In this document: in pieces, positions 1 through 17,217 of the stretch
How positions within the stretch are numbered: position 1 is the stretch's first letter
Layout of the letters: each line of letters begins with the position of its first letter
NCBI RefSeq assembly: GCF_009914755.1
Contig: NC_060937.1
Length of the DNA: 64,000 bases
Source: the human T2T-CHM13v2.0 reference genome, Homo sapiens
Reading direction: 5' to 3' (one strand)
Made by a program: the position numbers and the translations under genes
Notes under the pieces: generated by a model
What the model was told of the DNA's origin: nothing
What the model saw: the letters and a program-made list of their open reading frames with translations, nothing else
The model's database searches: none

Positions 1-1622
1 AGCACGCACATCACGACCTCCAACGCTCTCCCTTCCTCTGCTCCCAGCTGCCAGCCAAGACCCGCACTTCCCTTCTGTCTGCCCGGCCAGCCCTCGGATC
101 CCACGAACATCCAAACACAATGCTGGGGATGAGGTTTCAGACAAGATCCTACTTCTCTTCCAGCCAACCCCATAGAGAAGATCAGGATTTAGAAGCAAGC
201 ACCCTCCTATCCGAGCCCTTTCCAGGGGTGGGGACACTTGACCCTCCCGAGTCTCAAACTAGGGGCATTTAAAATGCAAAGATAGCTGTACACAGTTGTT
301 CAAAAATGTAGAATTCTTGGAAATAATTTTGGCAGAACAAAAATTTGAAGTTACTCAAGTGTTTAAAGGAGAGCAGCCTGACTTTTGGTCTGATTCTCAA
401 AGGACTGTGAAGGCAGCTCCCTCAAGCTTCCAGTGGACGTGGAGTGCCATGTCCCACAAGGAAAGCCTCGAGTAATCTCTAGTGATTTAACACATTGCTT
501 ACTCAGTCAGAGTGTCATAAATCAAATGATGGGAAACACAGGGTGTATGGACTCGGCATCTGGTAGACGGGATGGGCTGGGTTTTTCAAAAGTATGTTCC
601 AGCTTGGATAAAGTTTAACAAATAACTAATGTCTGAGGAATAAAAGGTGGCCACTTCTGCCTATTCAAAAGAAGGTAGCAAGGTCACTTTTAAAAAAAGC
701 AGGATTTGAGTTTTGTTATGGATCTTTAGCTAAGGTCAAATAGCCCCTGACTACAGAAAACCTATTATTTTAAATATACTAACTGATCTGAATTTCTCTA
801 CTGGGAAGAAGGTGACCACAGCAATTCTGTAGCTTCCAGAAAGATGAACACATTTTCTTTTAAGTTTAGTGAACACAAATGATTTTTTTCATGTGGGTTT
901 GGGAAACAATATACATACTCTTCTTTTTTTCATCCCCAGTGAAGAATTTGCATAAAGACATAATAAACTTAAAAAAAATCTACTTCTAAATATTCATACA
1001 TGTTAAGAGAATGGCTAAAAATGTTTTTGTAGTCACCTGAATAAAAAAGCAATAGCTAAATGGACAAATCATTTTAGATATTCTAAATGCTATAAGAACT
1101 GAGCTGCTTCTGCTTCTTAAAAATTGGAAACAGGAATACTGTTTTAATATACTAAAAACATTAATGTATAAAATGTGTGTCGTGAAACACAGTGTTTACC
1201 ATTTTAACAGACTCAGAATGAAGACCACAGAAACCAGAGCAACCAAGTCCTGGGTAAAAGATTCCATGCTGGAGTGACTGGGCTGAGTCAGAACCACATT
1301 TACTAGTTTCTCAGTGTTTACTGCTAGTCGTCCTCTTTGTGGTATATTGGTTTGAAAATATTAACTGTAGCATGTTCGGTATATTCACCCAAAGGCCATA
1401 TGTCAGAAAATTAAAAATGCAAACCTCATTAAAAATAAGCAAGGCACATTAAGCAATAGCTTCAAATCAGAATAAAGATTGCACTTACATTTTTCATGTC
1501 CACAGAATATACCCAAAACACTTCTTGTATCTACAAACTTGCCCAAGATATGCAAATTATAGTATAACATTTTTAAAAAGACACTGGACAACAAAGTGCA
1601 AAACATCTGAGAAAAACTTATG

Positions 1623-1937
<315 letters not shown>

Positions 1938-3358
1938 TCAGACACACAGTTTACATTATTTTGTGTGAGCACTGAACACTTTAAACAATCACATAAAAAA
2001 AAATCGACAGGTCACTAATGAGCTTAGCACACAACTGAAAAACTTTTCCACAATCAAAAAGATTTCTTGACATGTGCAGATTTTAAGGTCATGGAATTTC
2101 AGATGCCTATTATAGATTTACTTGATGGCAAAAATTCTAATTTTCTGGACATTTAGAAGACATGAAGTGGTTATATAACCTGGAAACAATTCCAAACTCC
2201 ATTTTCAAATTCAGCAGATTTTTTTTTAATACTAAGACAATTCTTAAATTTACATACAATTAAAACAATCCTGATTTTTTAAAAAAATCCACTATTTCCA
2301 TTAACAAAAAAAATAATGTAAAGGCTAAGAGACTCAAGACTAGTCTGTCAGCACTGTCCCAGAGTGGCATTTGATCTGAGCACCAAAATACAGTAAAATA
2401 ATTACACCAAAATACAGAAAGCGTTAGAAATGTGAAGCTAAAGCTACACGGGCACTTCACTTCCAAGATGACCATTCTCTGTACTGTGGAGATGCGAATG
2501 CCCCATGTCATACCCACGCTGCACAAGCACCTCCGCCTCTGAATCCTAGCAAGACTCACTTCTTACAACAAGCAGCTCCATGTGTCTGAACGGCTTCTCG
2601 TGTTTAAGAATGTTTTTACCAAAAAGGATTCTAACAAATCACTGTTACACCTTGCTTTATTCATTTACCATGGCATAAATGTCCTATCAGTTAATTTCAA
2701 AACAATCTTTCCTCTGCCCTATGGCTGTATTACGATTCGCCTAACCAAATTCCCTGCAGCTGTCTGGGCTGCTTCCCTTTTCCTTCCTATCATGAATACC
2801 ACAATTAACATACTCATAAATGCATTTTTATGTGTATTTCTGGTTAACTCAGATACTTAGAATTATTTCTGGGCCAAAGAATATACACCACAAATAGCAA
2901 CTTTCAGTGCTAAATACCTCCTTCATATAAACATTTAAAAATAGGGAGAATGGAACTTTGCAGCTTGAATTAGCTCTAGTTTTAGAGGCCCACGAGTCAT
3001 TTTTGATTATACTGTATATATGATATCTGGATTATTCTACAAAGATGCTAATGTACAGAATGAGAAACCCGATTTCTGAAATTAGTATGGGGGAGAGAAA
3101 CAGAACAGTGTGATTTGTGTAGTTGGGGGGATGGGGGGTAGTCAGAAGTCTGATTAGGTAGGAGGCCAAAAGCATTCTTCAAATACAAGTGCTTTAAGAC
3201 CAGAGGCATTCAATGGTGGATTTTAGTCTTATCCATTCAAAGCTTTAAAAAATCTTCCACAGGCCAGGCTCCACTTTCACTATGACTCAGGCATGCACTT
3301 TTAAGAGATCAGTGTGTAAGCAGGGCATCTTTTGAAAAAAAGAGAGAGAAAAAAAAAA

Positions 3359-3673
<315 letters not shown>

Positions 3674-6600
3674 AATGGGAGAGGGGGGTGGTGGAAGAGC
3701 AGATCCCCCAAGTGTGCCAAAGTCGTCTCAACCTCCAGGAGCCTTCATGGCACGCAGACACAGAGAACCTGCAGCCAAGAGCGGGTCAACGTTTGCTCCT
3801 CCCACAGGCTGCAATCCTGCAAAGCCACACACGAACATGGTTTGTACAAAAGAGTGGACTTTGATGGGAATACAATGCAGACAGCTTAAAATACCTACAC
3901 ACTCAATTGGCGTTCAGATGCCAATGTTCCCCGGATAAAGTGGCAACTAGGGGTTACCTGCAATTTCACACCTCTGAAAAGCAGGTTAGAAAACCGCAAC
4001 AGAGAAGAGCTTCACGAAAGCTGGGGTGTTTGTCTTCTCCTTCACTAGGCCCAGTACCTAGAATAGTACTCACATCAGCAGATGAAGCCCACCCACTAGC
4101 CAGGAGAAACAAAAACACAAGGTAAACAAAAACAAATGATCAGTAGCTGGCATAGCCTGTAATACAACCTGAGGAGTCACAACCATCCAGGCAGGCCTGG
4201 CCATGCGAGGTGCAGGGACATGCACCCTGAAGGCAGAGGTGCCACTAGGGGCCGGAAGAGCCGTGTTAAGGGCAGCCCAGGGAAGAGGCAGCGGGAAACA
4301 CACTAGTCTCCCAGCAACAATTAATCCTGTAACTATAAGGCTCACAGTGACCAGGGACCTCTCAGAAACTGCTCCATTGAGTAGATGCATCTTTTGTTAA
4401 TGCAGATGGTTTCTCTAATAAAGCAGGATAAGAATGAAAGGCTTCCATATTTTACCAATCAAGATTCTATTGTGGGAATCATTCCAACAGAACCTTAGAA
4501 TTTCATTCCATCTCCATAGATACAGCCTCTCTATACGGTGTAGTTCCCACAACCAGCTGTCACAGAGCCTTGGATAATGCTGTTTCACGAGTGCCACCTT
4601 CTTCATTCCTAGTAGCTATACATAAGTTAATTGGCTGGTAGAGATATTAAGCCCGCAATTATCTCTTTTAATTATGTTGTAAGCCATGAAATTAAAACTG
4701 GCCTCTCAAAATTTTAAGAACATTGGATTTGGACCTGTAAGACCCTACCACCTGTGGCATTTTCCCCCACACCTGTTGCCATTGCTGAAGGAATCATTTA
4801 ATTACACCTTGCATTTGAGAAGGGTGGCCTGTACAGACATTTCAGAAAAACATGTCTTCCAAGGTCATCAGTTTACTCAGTTTGGGAAAGGAAGCACTAT
4901 ACTTTCCTATCTTAATATTGATTCTTAAAGTTACACAATGATTGAATGCTTCTGAAAATGTTAGTATGACCACTTTTTTCAAAGGGTCTTCACCTGCTGA
5001 CTGTAAAAGCAGGTGTCAGGTGTCTGTTGGGAAGACAGGCTTCTAGTACACCTGAGACACAACGTTCAGGATGGAAACCTATCTAGGACTAGCTCAAAAC
5101 CTCCAGCCTCCCTGCTCAGAGATACAGCCACAAGCCAGGTGTGGTCACTGCCTGCCCTCCTAAGTGAGAACTAGAGCCAGTAGAGCACGCCTCTGGCTGA
5201 GAAACCCACATTCCTGACCCTGGGGGACACACAGAGATGCTCCACTTGGGGCTGATGCCCAGGGCAACTAAACGGTCTGCATTTGTATTTTCATCTGAAA
5301 TTTGGGGGTTGCACAAAACCCCTAAAGCCAGTTCCCAGTAACTCTGTAACTGTATGAGCTATTCAGGATCAAGCAGCTTGAAACCATGAAAAAAGTCTTA
5401 GTTTCAAGTCCGGGAAGGTCTGCTGCATTACAGAAGTAATGCAATTGGACACCAAGGTCGTGCCACTACAGAGGCTTATGGGAGTGCTGACCAGGTGGAG
5501 TGAAGACACTCCAGTGCACCACTCATACTGACACACAGGAAAACAGGACTGTAATTGCCAGGCATGCCTGCAGATACATGTAAGGCTTAGGAAAAATGCC
5601 TGATCACAACTTTAATCTTTACATAAAAAACCAAAAAGCACTCTATAAAGTCATACTTTGGGATATGAAGTGCTCCAATCAGCCAGCAGGACATTACTCC
5701 CAAGACCCAAGCCATACTGGTTATATTCCCCAAGACTAAATCAGGAGACATCTTACAAGTCAGAAACTGCCAAGTAGTTTCACCCAATGAACTTAGGCGA
5801 AGCTTGAGATCCTGACCTAGATTAGTCATCTACCTTTTACTGTGCCTCTAGGTGCTGTGTGGAAGGGTCCCAGGTGTTGACCCATAACCCTTGAGAGGTG
5901 GCCAAATGGCCCAGGACCCCTCCCGCCTGTGGCCTTTCCACTGAACTGAGTGCATCCTGCTGCTGCTTCCACTGGGGAAGCCTCAATGTCCTCTCATTAA
6001 GGCAGCAAGGAAAGACACTCTGCCTTCCTGGTTTCCCACCAGCCATTACCTGGAACTATTCTTTGTTCTGCTGTAGAGCACATTTTACTCAACTTTTTAA
6101 GGTCCTGTTAAAACCAAATTGTTTTTCTATTATGAGGTGACCTTTCGCGGGACCCGCCAGGGCCCAGATTCCAGCAGTGCAGAGGGTTGGGATGACTCCA
6201 GGCAGCAGGAAGCAGCAGCGACAAAGGACAGAGAAGGGAATTGAGTGCTCTGGAAAGACCGGGGGGGACTGGGGGTTTGGCTCAAATAATACAAAAGCGG
6301 CTTGTGATCAAGTGTGCCAGTCTTCGTTTTGCTTCCCACTGGAGTGTCCACAACTGTGCTGAGGACAACTCAGGCCCATGAGGTTTGCTCAAATGGAGAC
6401 TTTTAACAGTGGAAAACGCAGACACTGTCTGGACTGGAAGTGTAATTCAGACTGTATTTCAAGACGTCACATCTTCAGGGATCAAGAAAAAACAATCACT
6501 CCTTATTTGAACACAATTAGGTAGGTGTGTTCTATCATCCTGGCCACATTTTTATAAACAAATATACTGCAAATTTGAAAACAGTGAGGACGTCAGGAGT

Positions 6601-8757
6601 TAAAGTGCTATAATATGTAACTAAACTAGAAGGAACTAAATTACAAATTTACTCCTGGGAGGCATTTTATTTCCTCTCAAGTTTCAAGCAATAAACATCT
6701 ATCATTTAACAAACCAGCTGGTCATATCTGCCCTCCTTTACCAAGTCTTTAACCCTGCTCAACACGAACAGCTAAGGACAAAAGGCAGAGATCCTTTATC
6801 CAGGTTAAATCCACTCTGGGAAAGTGTTAAAACTTTCCACCGGTAATTTTACCTTTAAATCATCATGTTGTAGATACTTTTTTCTGTAAGGTGTTTTTAT
6901 ATTCAATACCTTCACAGTATGAATGAGATTCTAAGATCAGTAATATGCCTATGTGATTAAGACCGAGCTGTGAAGTCAGTTTGACACTTGAGATCTGCTG
7001 TCACCACAGCCTACTTCTGGGGCAAATGTCCCAATTGTGAAATTGAAGTTATTGGGTCAGTTTTTAAACTCACTGTGTTCCCCTGCTTCTTCCCCACGAC
7101 TCTAGAGCTCCATCCAAAACAATTATCAATCAGCAAAATCAAGTTTTCACTCATGGAAGGGACTGGCATTCTTTTCTAACCAAGATCATTGAAAAACGAC
7201 CACAGTTTCCAAGGAGTACATATAAAAATAATTGTATTGGGTTATTCCTGAAGATTAACCAAGAACGCTAGCAAACCTGAACTGAGTTTTATACAGTGGT
7301 GCAGCTGGAGTCCTGAAGCCCATGCATCATACCATCAGAGCAAATGATTGATAAAAACAACAACAAAAAAATTAAAGACTGATACTTCCTTGCACCATCT
7401 AAAATGAACAAAATCCCACACTGAGGAAAGTATTATCCCAAGATACTTTCCATCAAAACAGACTGCTTAAGTAACTGTGGATTTTATTTCACACTCCAGA
7501 GTTCATGTCCACACCTATTATGTCTTACGTTCTGACTAAACTGCATTTGACACAGATGCAAATAATTTTATGAAAGTATGACTTCTTGTAGCATAACTTC
7601 CTTCCAAGACAGTTAATATTCAAGCAATACAAAAGGCCAAGTCTTTCTTCTTCACTTAAGATCTTTTACATCAACAGCTTCCAAAAGAAAATTCCTCCAA
7701 TTTAAAATACTTGAAAGTAGTTTACTAAAAGCAGACACTACTTTTTGTGGGGAAGAATGGTTAACATTCAGACTCAGGATTCCAAAGTGTTTTGGCTTTT
7801 TCTTTTTCTTTTTTAAAGGGTGAATTTTACAGGGATCTCCTTAAGAGGTGACTTAGCCAGAAAACTTTCTGGAAGTAATTACTTTTGTAAATATAAATTC
7901 CACACTAAAAGCATCAATATTTGTAACTCTTAAATTCTAGGAAAACAGAACGCACTAAGTTTTATTGGTAAGATACAAGTTACGCAGCCAAGATATTATC
8001 CCTGGCACCTGTAACTTTTTTTGTTTTTAAAGCCAAACAAAACAAAAAACCCAGCTTAAACTCTTCTAAATATTTTTATATGTGAAGTTACTCAAAGTAT
8101 TTTATATACATGTGTTAAATGAGGAAAAAAGAATTTATCATTTCTTTTACTCTGGCATGAGAACCAAAAACCTAATAAAATAATTCAGATTAAGCAAAAC
8201 TTAAAACACACATTTAAACAAAATCAAAACAAGATGCCAGAAATTACAACGAAAACTAAAGCAACATATCTTTAATTCAAAACTAAAAAACTGGTCAGTT
8301 AATATGGAAATAATTATATATCTATTGAAACCAAGAACAATTTCATGTAGAACATTCAGGTAATTGGCAGAAAAAAAAATCCTGTTTTAATGACCAAGAA
8401 TGACTCCCAATACCCGACATCAGCACTCTCAGTATGTAATGGTAAAAGGGGGGCAAAAAATCACCTTTTCCCATAGGGAAACGAGTGGTGGGAGTGCAGG
8501 TGAGCTAAAGATGCCCATCTATGCTCACACAGACACAAAAAAATATAAACACACTCTTGTGACGAGTGTGGCAAATCTAAGGACTGTCAACTACATAAAA
8601 GACAGAACCATCAGAAGTTCCAGGAAATTAGTAAAGTCATGGTCAGTATACAAATTAGGAAAACCAAGGATGAGCAGCTTTGAAGTAATGTGCATCTTGG
8701 CTGAAATATTTCAACTGTGATAATCACAGAAACATCAGTCATGTACTGTGTACCTGC

Positions 8758-8931
8758 AACAGTGGCTCAACCTGTTAGGTCTACGTATTACCTGCAACAC
8801 TTAAGCAGAAGTGCCGGCTCCAACCATATTTTTGTCTAAATTAGCACCCTCGGGCTTGGGACCAGGAATGTATAGTTTGGGAAGGCTGCATGGTGAGTTT
8901 AATGTGCAAAATGTGAACTTCTAATCACTGG
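8758..8931. mobile_element. MER5-like hAT-Charlie MITE remnant
   Basis: cagtgg...cactg termini and a degraded MER5-type core. Confidence 0.4.
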
Positions 8932-9960
8932 TCAACCAAAACAAATCCTCCTTCTAAAGGAAGAAAATAAAACCCCCAAAGTCAGCAGGACTCTTTAAAC
9001 CAAATTTATGTAGTTAACAAGGATTAGGAAACAAGGAATCCTCAGAAATGCTTTTCAGGGTAATTAAGCAATGTGGTATTGGCCAATTCAACTGACCTTA
9101 GAAACTCTGAGACTAGTTTTACGAACTCTTCTAGGTGCATTTTGAGTCCAATTAGCATGTTAAGTGATCTCTTTTTAAAAATACTAAACAGAATTTAAGA
9201 TTTATCAGCAATAAGAGAAAATGAAGCATAAATCATTTTTCAAGGACATTTAGACTATACAGTGACATACAGGGACAGACATGTACAATTCGTGCATGAG
9301 GGCATGAGGCCACTCTACAATACTAACCAGGCTTTAATTAAAGGAAATGACAAAGGATTTTTTTAAAAAGTGGATGCTCTTAAAAAGGCGTTGAAACTAC
9401 ATTAGAAAAAATATATTAAAACATGGTACAAATAAATGACAATGCTGAATACATCACCATTAAAAAAGACCATTTTGAATTTTATGCAGATCTTCATGTC
9501 ATGCTTATGATTTTAGCATCTTTCCAGAAATGCTTAACTCATAAAAATCTTGAATTTGATAAAACTGTTAAGTTCATACATTACTATAAAAAGTCTTATC
9601 ACAGGAATTTTTATGGTGACAAGATATAGTTGTGAAGTACATAATACTGACATTTTATCAACTTTATAGGGAAAAAATGTTTCACTTGGACACACTCATT
9701 AAATAAGGTAGAAAAGATGATGTTGGTTCATGAAATTTAACCAAAATCTCTAGATTTTTAAGTGATTAACTGATAGTCACTCAGTTTTCCTTATGCTGTA
9801 ACTTGCACGGTTGATTTTTTTAAACCAACGGGCAAAACTTTGTGCTTATACTCAGCAAATCTGAGCTCATAATCTGCTTCATTACTTCACACTCCCACCT
9901 CTCCCCCTAAGTTCACTAAATATGCCTGCCAAGCTATCACATTTACCTTCTTATTAAGAC

Positions 9961-10118
<158 letters not shown>

Positions 10119-10239
10119 TAGATATAGATGATTTTCCTATAGGAAAGGGAGATGTTTTCAACTTCAAGAGTGACTGGCTGACTGCTTATTTGCAAACTCA
10201 AACCTACCTTAAAAACAAAAAACAAAAAACCCAAAAAAC

Positions 10240-10591
<352 letters not shown>

Positions 10592-10882
10592 TTACCTTAG
10601 GGACTTAAATCCTCAAGATCAAATTATACACCAGATCTTGCTGTGATAAGTCAACACACATGTGAGGTACAGAGACCACTGAGGTCAAATCATAGTACAG
10701 AAATAGTACAGAAAACATTCACCTTCCCGAATGTGAAAATGTTTTACTGCCAGACCATCAGCAATTTTTATAAGCCCAGGAACATTTACAAGAAGCAAAT
10801 TAAAAAAAAAAAAAAAATTCAGGCACAGTGGCAGATTTTCTTTAATAGATATATTTCAAACAGATACAACAAATTAAAAAAT

Positions 10883-11412
<530 letters not shown>

Positions 11413-12410
11413 TTACACCCCATCCGCGTGCTAACCTGGTCTCTGCTCCTGCTGAACTGACTAGCTATCTGAAGGTGGTATGAAAGAGTAAACAAATTCA
11501 TAGCAAATCTTCATTAAAGAAGTAGTTAATCAATCTAGCTCTGTAACTAACTTCTCTTATATACATTTGATTTCTAAGCAAGATTTGGGAGATAAACTAA
11601 ATATGCTAAACTTCTAAAAAAGGCATCTTCCTATTTAACTTCTCAAAATCATGTTTTATGTTAGTCTGAAGAATCTAAATTTACGCTAACTTCAGACTTG
11701 AAACTGAATTCTATATTATATGCACTTAATTTTAATACCCATTCCTTTAGCGTGAATAAAATCATAACAAACAACATGTACTGAGATTGTCCATGGCATT
11801 CATAACTGTCTTCCTAAAAACAAAGCAATGGCTCACCAACGAGCCAGCCTTCATGCTTACATGTGACACTGTAAGTGGAAGTTTAGAAGGATGTCCTGAC
11901 ATTAAAAAGTAGCCTATCATCAGATTCCAGAGCTGAACAGCTGTGTTTTTCTGTCAGATTTTGATTGTTTTGGCCTTGCTTGGGAAAACCTGCAGGAGTA
12001 TTGTATTTTTGGCATTGTAGAGCATTTGAGTAGTTGGTTCCTTTAAAAAGGCTTTGAATACTGTCCTAAAAACTCATCCCTACCACTCACAAGAACCAAA
12101 GTTTTACCTGGCTAATAGTACTAAAAAGGAAAGGTCTGAGACCTCTACAGTAGCTAAAACTCAGATTCAAGTAGGAAGTGATGGCAGAGTAAGTGAAAGA
12201 GCTGAATAAAATAGAGTAAGTTGAACTTGTAAACCTTTAGACACTGAATTAAAACTGAGGGATCAAAAGTAACTCCATGTTGAAGTTCCCCTGGAAGACA
12301 AGAATGTACACTGCTCTGTGAAATAAACCTGTAAAAAAGCAGACATCCTGTTAGCTGCAGGTTGATAAACAAACGGGAGAAGTACTTAACAGCAAAGACA
12401 GCTTCCATAC

Positions 12411-12519
12411 CTGTTCAGCAAGCTACACTACATCCACAGCAAAAGCATGATGAAATCAAGGCCTTGTGCTGTGTCACTCAAACAACCACTCCAGAACCCT
12501 GATGCCTTTCTTGGGGTTA
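12411..12519 (-). other. ANKRD10: Candidate stop-containing (poison) cassette exon in ANKRD10 intron 3 (109 nt; [D]NPKKGIRVLEWLFE*)
   Basis: U21 tract plus gcattaacag acceptor, donor CAG|GTATGG. TGA at 12476-12474 lies 63 nt upstream of the donor. Confidence 0.6.
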
Positions 12520-13423
12520 CTGTTAATGCAAAAAAAAAAAAAAAAAAAAAACCCCGCATTTGAGAGTGAAAACTACAGAATTAGGGACAAATAATATTTT
12601 CTTATTTATAAGGACTGACAATAGCCTTGTATTCGTTATTTGCAGACATCATAGAGCTCTGACCTTGGAAATGAGAAGTGTGCATGGACACTAGCTAAGC
12701 GTCTCTACTTTTTAAAGCATAAGATAAATGCATTACACCTTTTGAAAAAAGACCCAAATCCTATCTGATCAGAGATAAAAGAGAATTGAGAATCTCAGAA
12801 ACCAACAAAATTCTTAAAAATATAAGGCGGCTATGTGCAGGACTATTACAGACTAAAGTCACTATTTTTATTAGCCTTATTAAGACTGCATGGCTATGAA
12901 TGGCCATGAGTATTTTCTAGTATTGCATAATATTTTTATTTTGATATATGAATTAAATGAAAAGGAAGCACCAAAGTTTGGGCAGATTGTATTACATTAA
13001 TTATACTTTGTACAAAATCAGATCACCTTGTTATTGAAATAGAAAATATACTAATATTACGTGACAGCTTCATCATATAGCTGGACTTTTTTTTAATGGT
13101 ATATTTCACTTTCAAAAGATATCAGAAGTGCAGATGACCTGGGAGGGTCTATTCTGTCAAGAATGTGAACAGAAAAATAAGTTGCCACATGAAAATTCAA
13201 AAACTCTTCAAGGAGAACATAAGTTTACAAACTGATTATTTCTATAGATAAGCATAGACTTGCTCTCCAAAATCAAGAAACAGAGAAATGAGAAGCTACC
13301 ACTTAGTATTAGGACAAATAAAAATATGAAATAAAGCCCACAGTAAAGATTACTCTTTAGTGGACCAGAGAATAAAAAAGAGCAAACAGATTTTTGAAAT
13401 GGCACTTAGAATCATAAATACCA

Positions 13424-13755
<332 letters not shown>

Positions 13756-14729
13756 TCAAAGGGCATGCCAACATTCTGAAATTGTTAAAAGAACATCCAA
13801 AGCACATTCGATTCCTTTATTCCTTATTCAGAAGCTGAAGACTACACTGAATTTGGGTTAGAACAGCAAGTTTACTGATCTTCCAAAGAAATATAACCTT
13901 ATAGAAAAATAATCAACAAAATAGTGCCAACATATGGAGATTCCTGGAGACTGAAGTTTCAGAGTGTCAGCCTACACATAGGTAGCACTGGTAAGCTCTC
14001 CCACTTCACTTTTTCCCCTGCCAAAGGTAGTTAAATACGTGCTTGTCCTCTACTTAGACCAACCAAATTTCCATGTGGTCTTAGGTATTATCTCAAAACT
14101 TACTTTACTAGAAGAGCTCAAAAGACGGATTCTGGCCCAATCATGCTATGTACTCGTACGTAAGGACCAAGGAAGCAAGAACAATCACAGGTCAAACAAC
14201 TTCTAGCATCTCACATAATTTTGGGGCACTAGAAGGCAGACATGATGGGGAGGTGAAAAAGTTCTAGAAATTGTATTGGACAGGTATCGGAATCTAGGAC
14301 ACATGGTAACTGGAGGAATTACTTAGAGGAGACTGTAATTTTGCTCTACATTTAAGTGGCACTATCTATGCAGCATTATCGGAAACAGAAATATCCAGCA
14401 CCCTTTCTCTGCTTCTAGTGAGGTACAAGAACATTTCAATTCTATCATTTTCCTTGTTACCAAGGGCTGAATGTATACAACATACAGTTTAATTTGTTAG
14501 CATTTATATTCTACTCAGAGGAAATCTGTTGGTACCTGACTCAGGAACACAACACAAAATGACACCACCATCTCTTGCCCCTGAAAGTCCTCATTCTCAT
14601 TTCCTCTCCTTACCTACATTCATCATCTCTACTATCCCTGCTCACATTAAAAATCTTGCAAGTGGTCACTCAACTGTGTAGTGCACATTATAGAAATTGG
14701 CCTGAAATGATCATTAAGGATCATCTAAT

Positions 14730-15012
14730 CCAGAAGGCACTTTTCTAAAAAGGACTATGTAGTAATTATTTTAGACTTTGGAGACCATACATTCTCAGTC
14801 CTAACTACTCAATTCTTTTGTTGTAGGCTGAAAGCAGCCTCAAGGCAATTGAGCATGGCTCTCATAAAGCTTTATTTATGAACACTGAAACTGAAATTTC
14901 ATCTAATTTTATGTATTAGAAAATATTATTCTATTGATTTTTGCTCAACTATTAAAAAATGTAGAAACCATTCTTGGGCCATAGGTTATACAAAAAAAGG
15001 CAGCAGGCCAGA
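14730..15012. mobile_element. MER58-like hAT-Charlie element
   Basis: Resembles the recalled MER58 consensus (aattattttagacttt...actactcaa...aaagcagcc...gcaggccaga). Confidence 0.55.
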
Positions 15013-15258
15013 ACTGCTGAATAACATTTAACCAAATAGATGATACTGTAAATATTCCTCTATCCTTTATTATGGGGTACATTGTAAATTCCAATACAAT
15101 GTATAGGGATTAAAAAAACCAGCATAATTGCATATGCATCACCTCAAACACTTTCCATTTGTACTGAATTAGCCATACAAAAAAAATAAAAAATTACTGT
15201 TAGTCACCCTACAGTGCAAGGTAACACTAGAATTTATCTTTCCATCTAGTAACCACTG

Positions 15259-15536
15259 TTTTTTAAAGAGACAGAGTATCTCCCTGTTGCCCCAGCTGGA
15301 GTGCAGTGGCACAATCATAGTTCACCACACCCTGGAACTCCTGGGCTAAGGGATCCTCCTTAGCCTCAGCCTCCCAAGTAGCTAGGTATACAGGCATGTG
15401 CTACCATGCCTGGCTACTTTTTTTTTTTTTTTTTTTAATTTTGAGAGATGTTGCTCAGGCTGGTCTCAAACTCCAGGCCTCAAGTGATCCTCCCACCTTA
15501 GACTCCTAAAGCACCGAGATTAGAGGCATGAGCCAC
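15259..15536 (-). mobile_element. Alu (AluJ-like)
   Basis: Diverged antisense dimeric Alu. Confidence 0.85.
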
Positions 15537-16050
15537 TCTCTACTTCTATGAGATCTTTTTTACCTTCCACATAAGTACAGTACATGGAGTATTTATCTTT
15601 CTGTGCCTGGCTTACTTAACATAATGTCTTCTAAGATCATACATGTTGCTGAGAATAACAGAATTTTGTTTTTTTAATGGCCAAATAGTATTCCACGGGG
15701 TATATATACCACATTTTATCTGTTCATTTGCTGATAGACACAGGTTGATTCCAATCTTGGGTACTGTGAATAGTGCTGGAACGAGCATGGCAGGTGCAGA
15801 TGTCTCCATATATGGATTTTCTTTTGGATATATACCCAGTAGTGGGACTGCTGAATCATATGGTAGTTCTATTTTTAGTTTGTTCAGGAACCTCCATACT
15901 CTTCTCCATAACGGTTGTACAAGTCTACATTCCCACTAACAGTGTTTAAACGTTCCTTTGCCTCTGCATTCTCGTCAGCATTTGTTACTGTCTTTTGGTA
16001 ACTGTCATTCTAACGGGGGTAAGACAATCTCTCATTGTGGTTTTGATTCT
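15537..16050 (-). mobile_element. L1M 3' fragment (ORF2 end / 3' UTR)
   Basis: tctgtgcctggcttacttaacataatg and ggatatatacccagtagtgggactgctg...aacctccatact are typical antisense L1 sequence. Confidence 0.8.
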
Positions 16051-16691
16051 CTTTAGAACGAATATTTCTCCTCATTCCTCTACTCTTAATAATGGATTTT
16101 CTGAAAAACATCTATTAATTTTATGCACTATTCAATTCAAACAACTTTTTAAAAGTTGCCAAATCTGTCACAAAATATTAAACAACAAGAAAAATATCTA
16201 AAGGTAAACTTGAGAGGGGTGTAAAACAAAAGACTCTGAGAGCGCACTTAGCTGTAAAACAATCATTCCTATTCCTAAATTGAGTGTTTTTGGTTACATG
16301 TTCTAAGTGCCTTACAATAAACCAGGCAATGTGCTTTATCTGGAGAAAGGGAGCCCTAACTTCAAAGTTTGAGTTCCTCCAACTTTTTTAATAGTTAAAT
16401 TTCAAGTACGTTAGACTGAAAATAATTTGGGTTTCCAAGTCAAAGATTAGAACAAATAATCATTAAAGATCATAAAAGAAGTTCAGGTCTTTAAATTCTA
16501 TTTTCATTTGTTAACCAATATTTCAGTTTTCATGTTTTAATTGCTAAAATTCAGTAGGAGTTGAGCACGTAAATGAAACACTTGATTTACAGGTTCTGTG
16601 TTTCCATCCACACTCAACTCTAGTACTTACAGTACTTTGTTCTGTCACAGTACTTTTTAAATACTCCATCCTTTACCCTTCAATCCACAGG

Positions 16692-17217
<526 letters not shown>

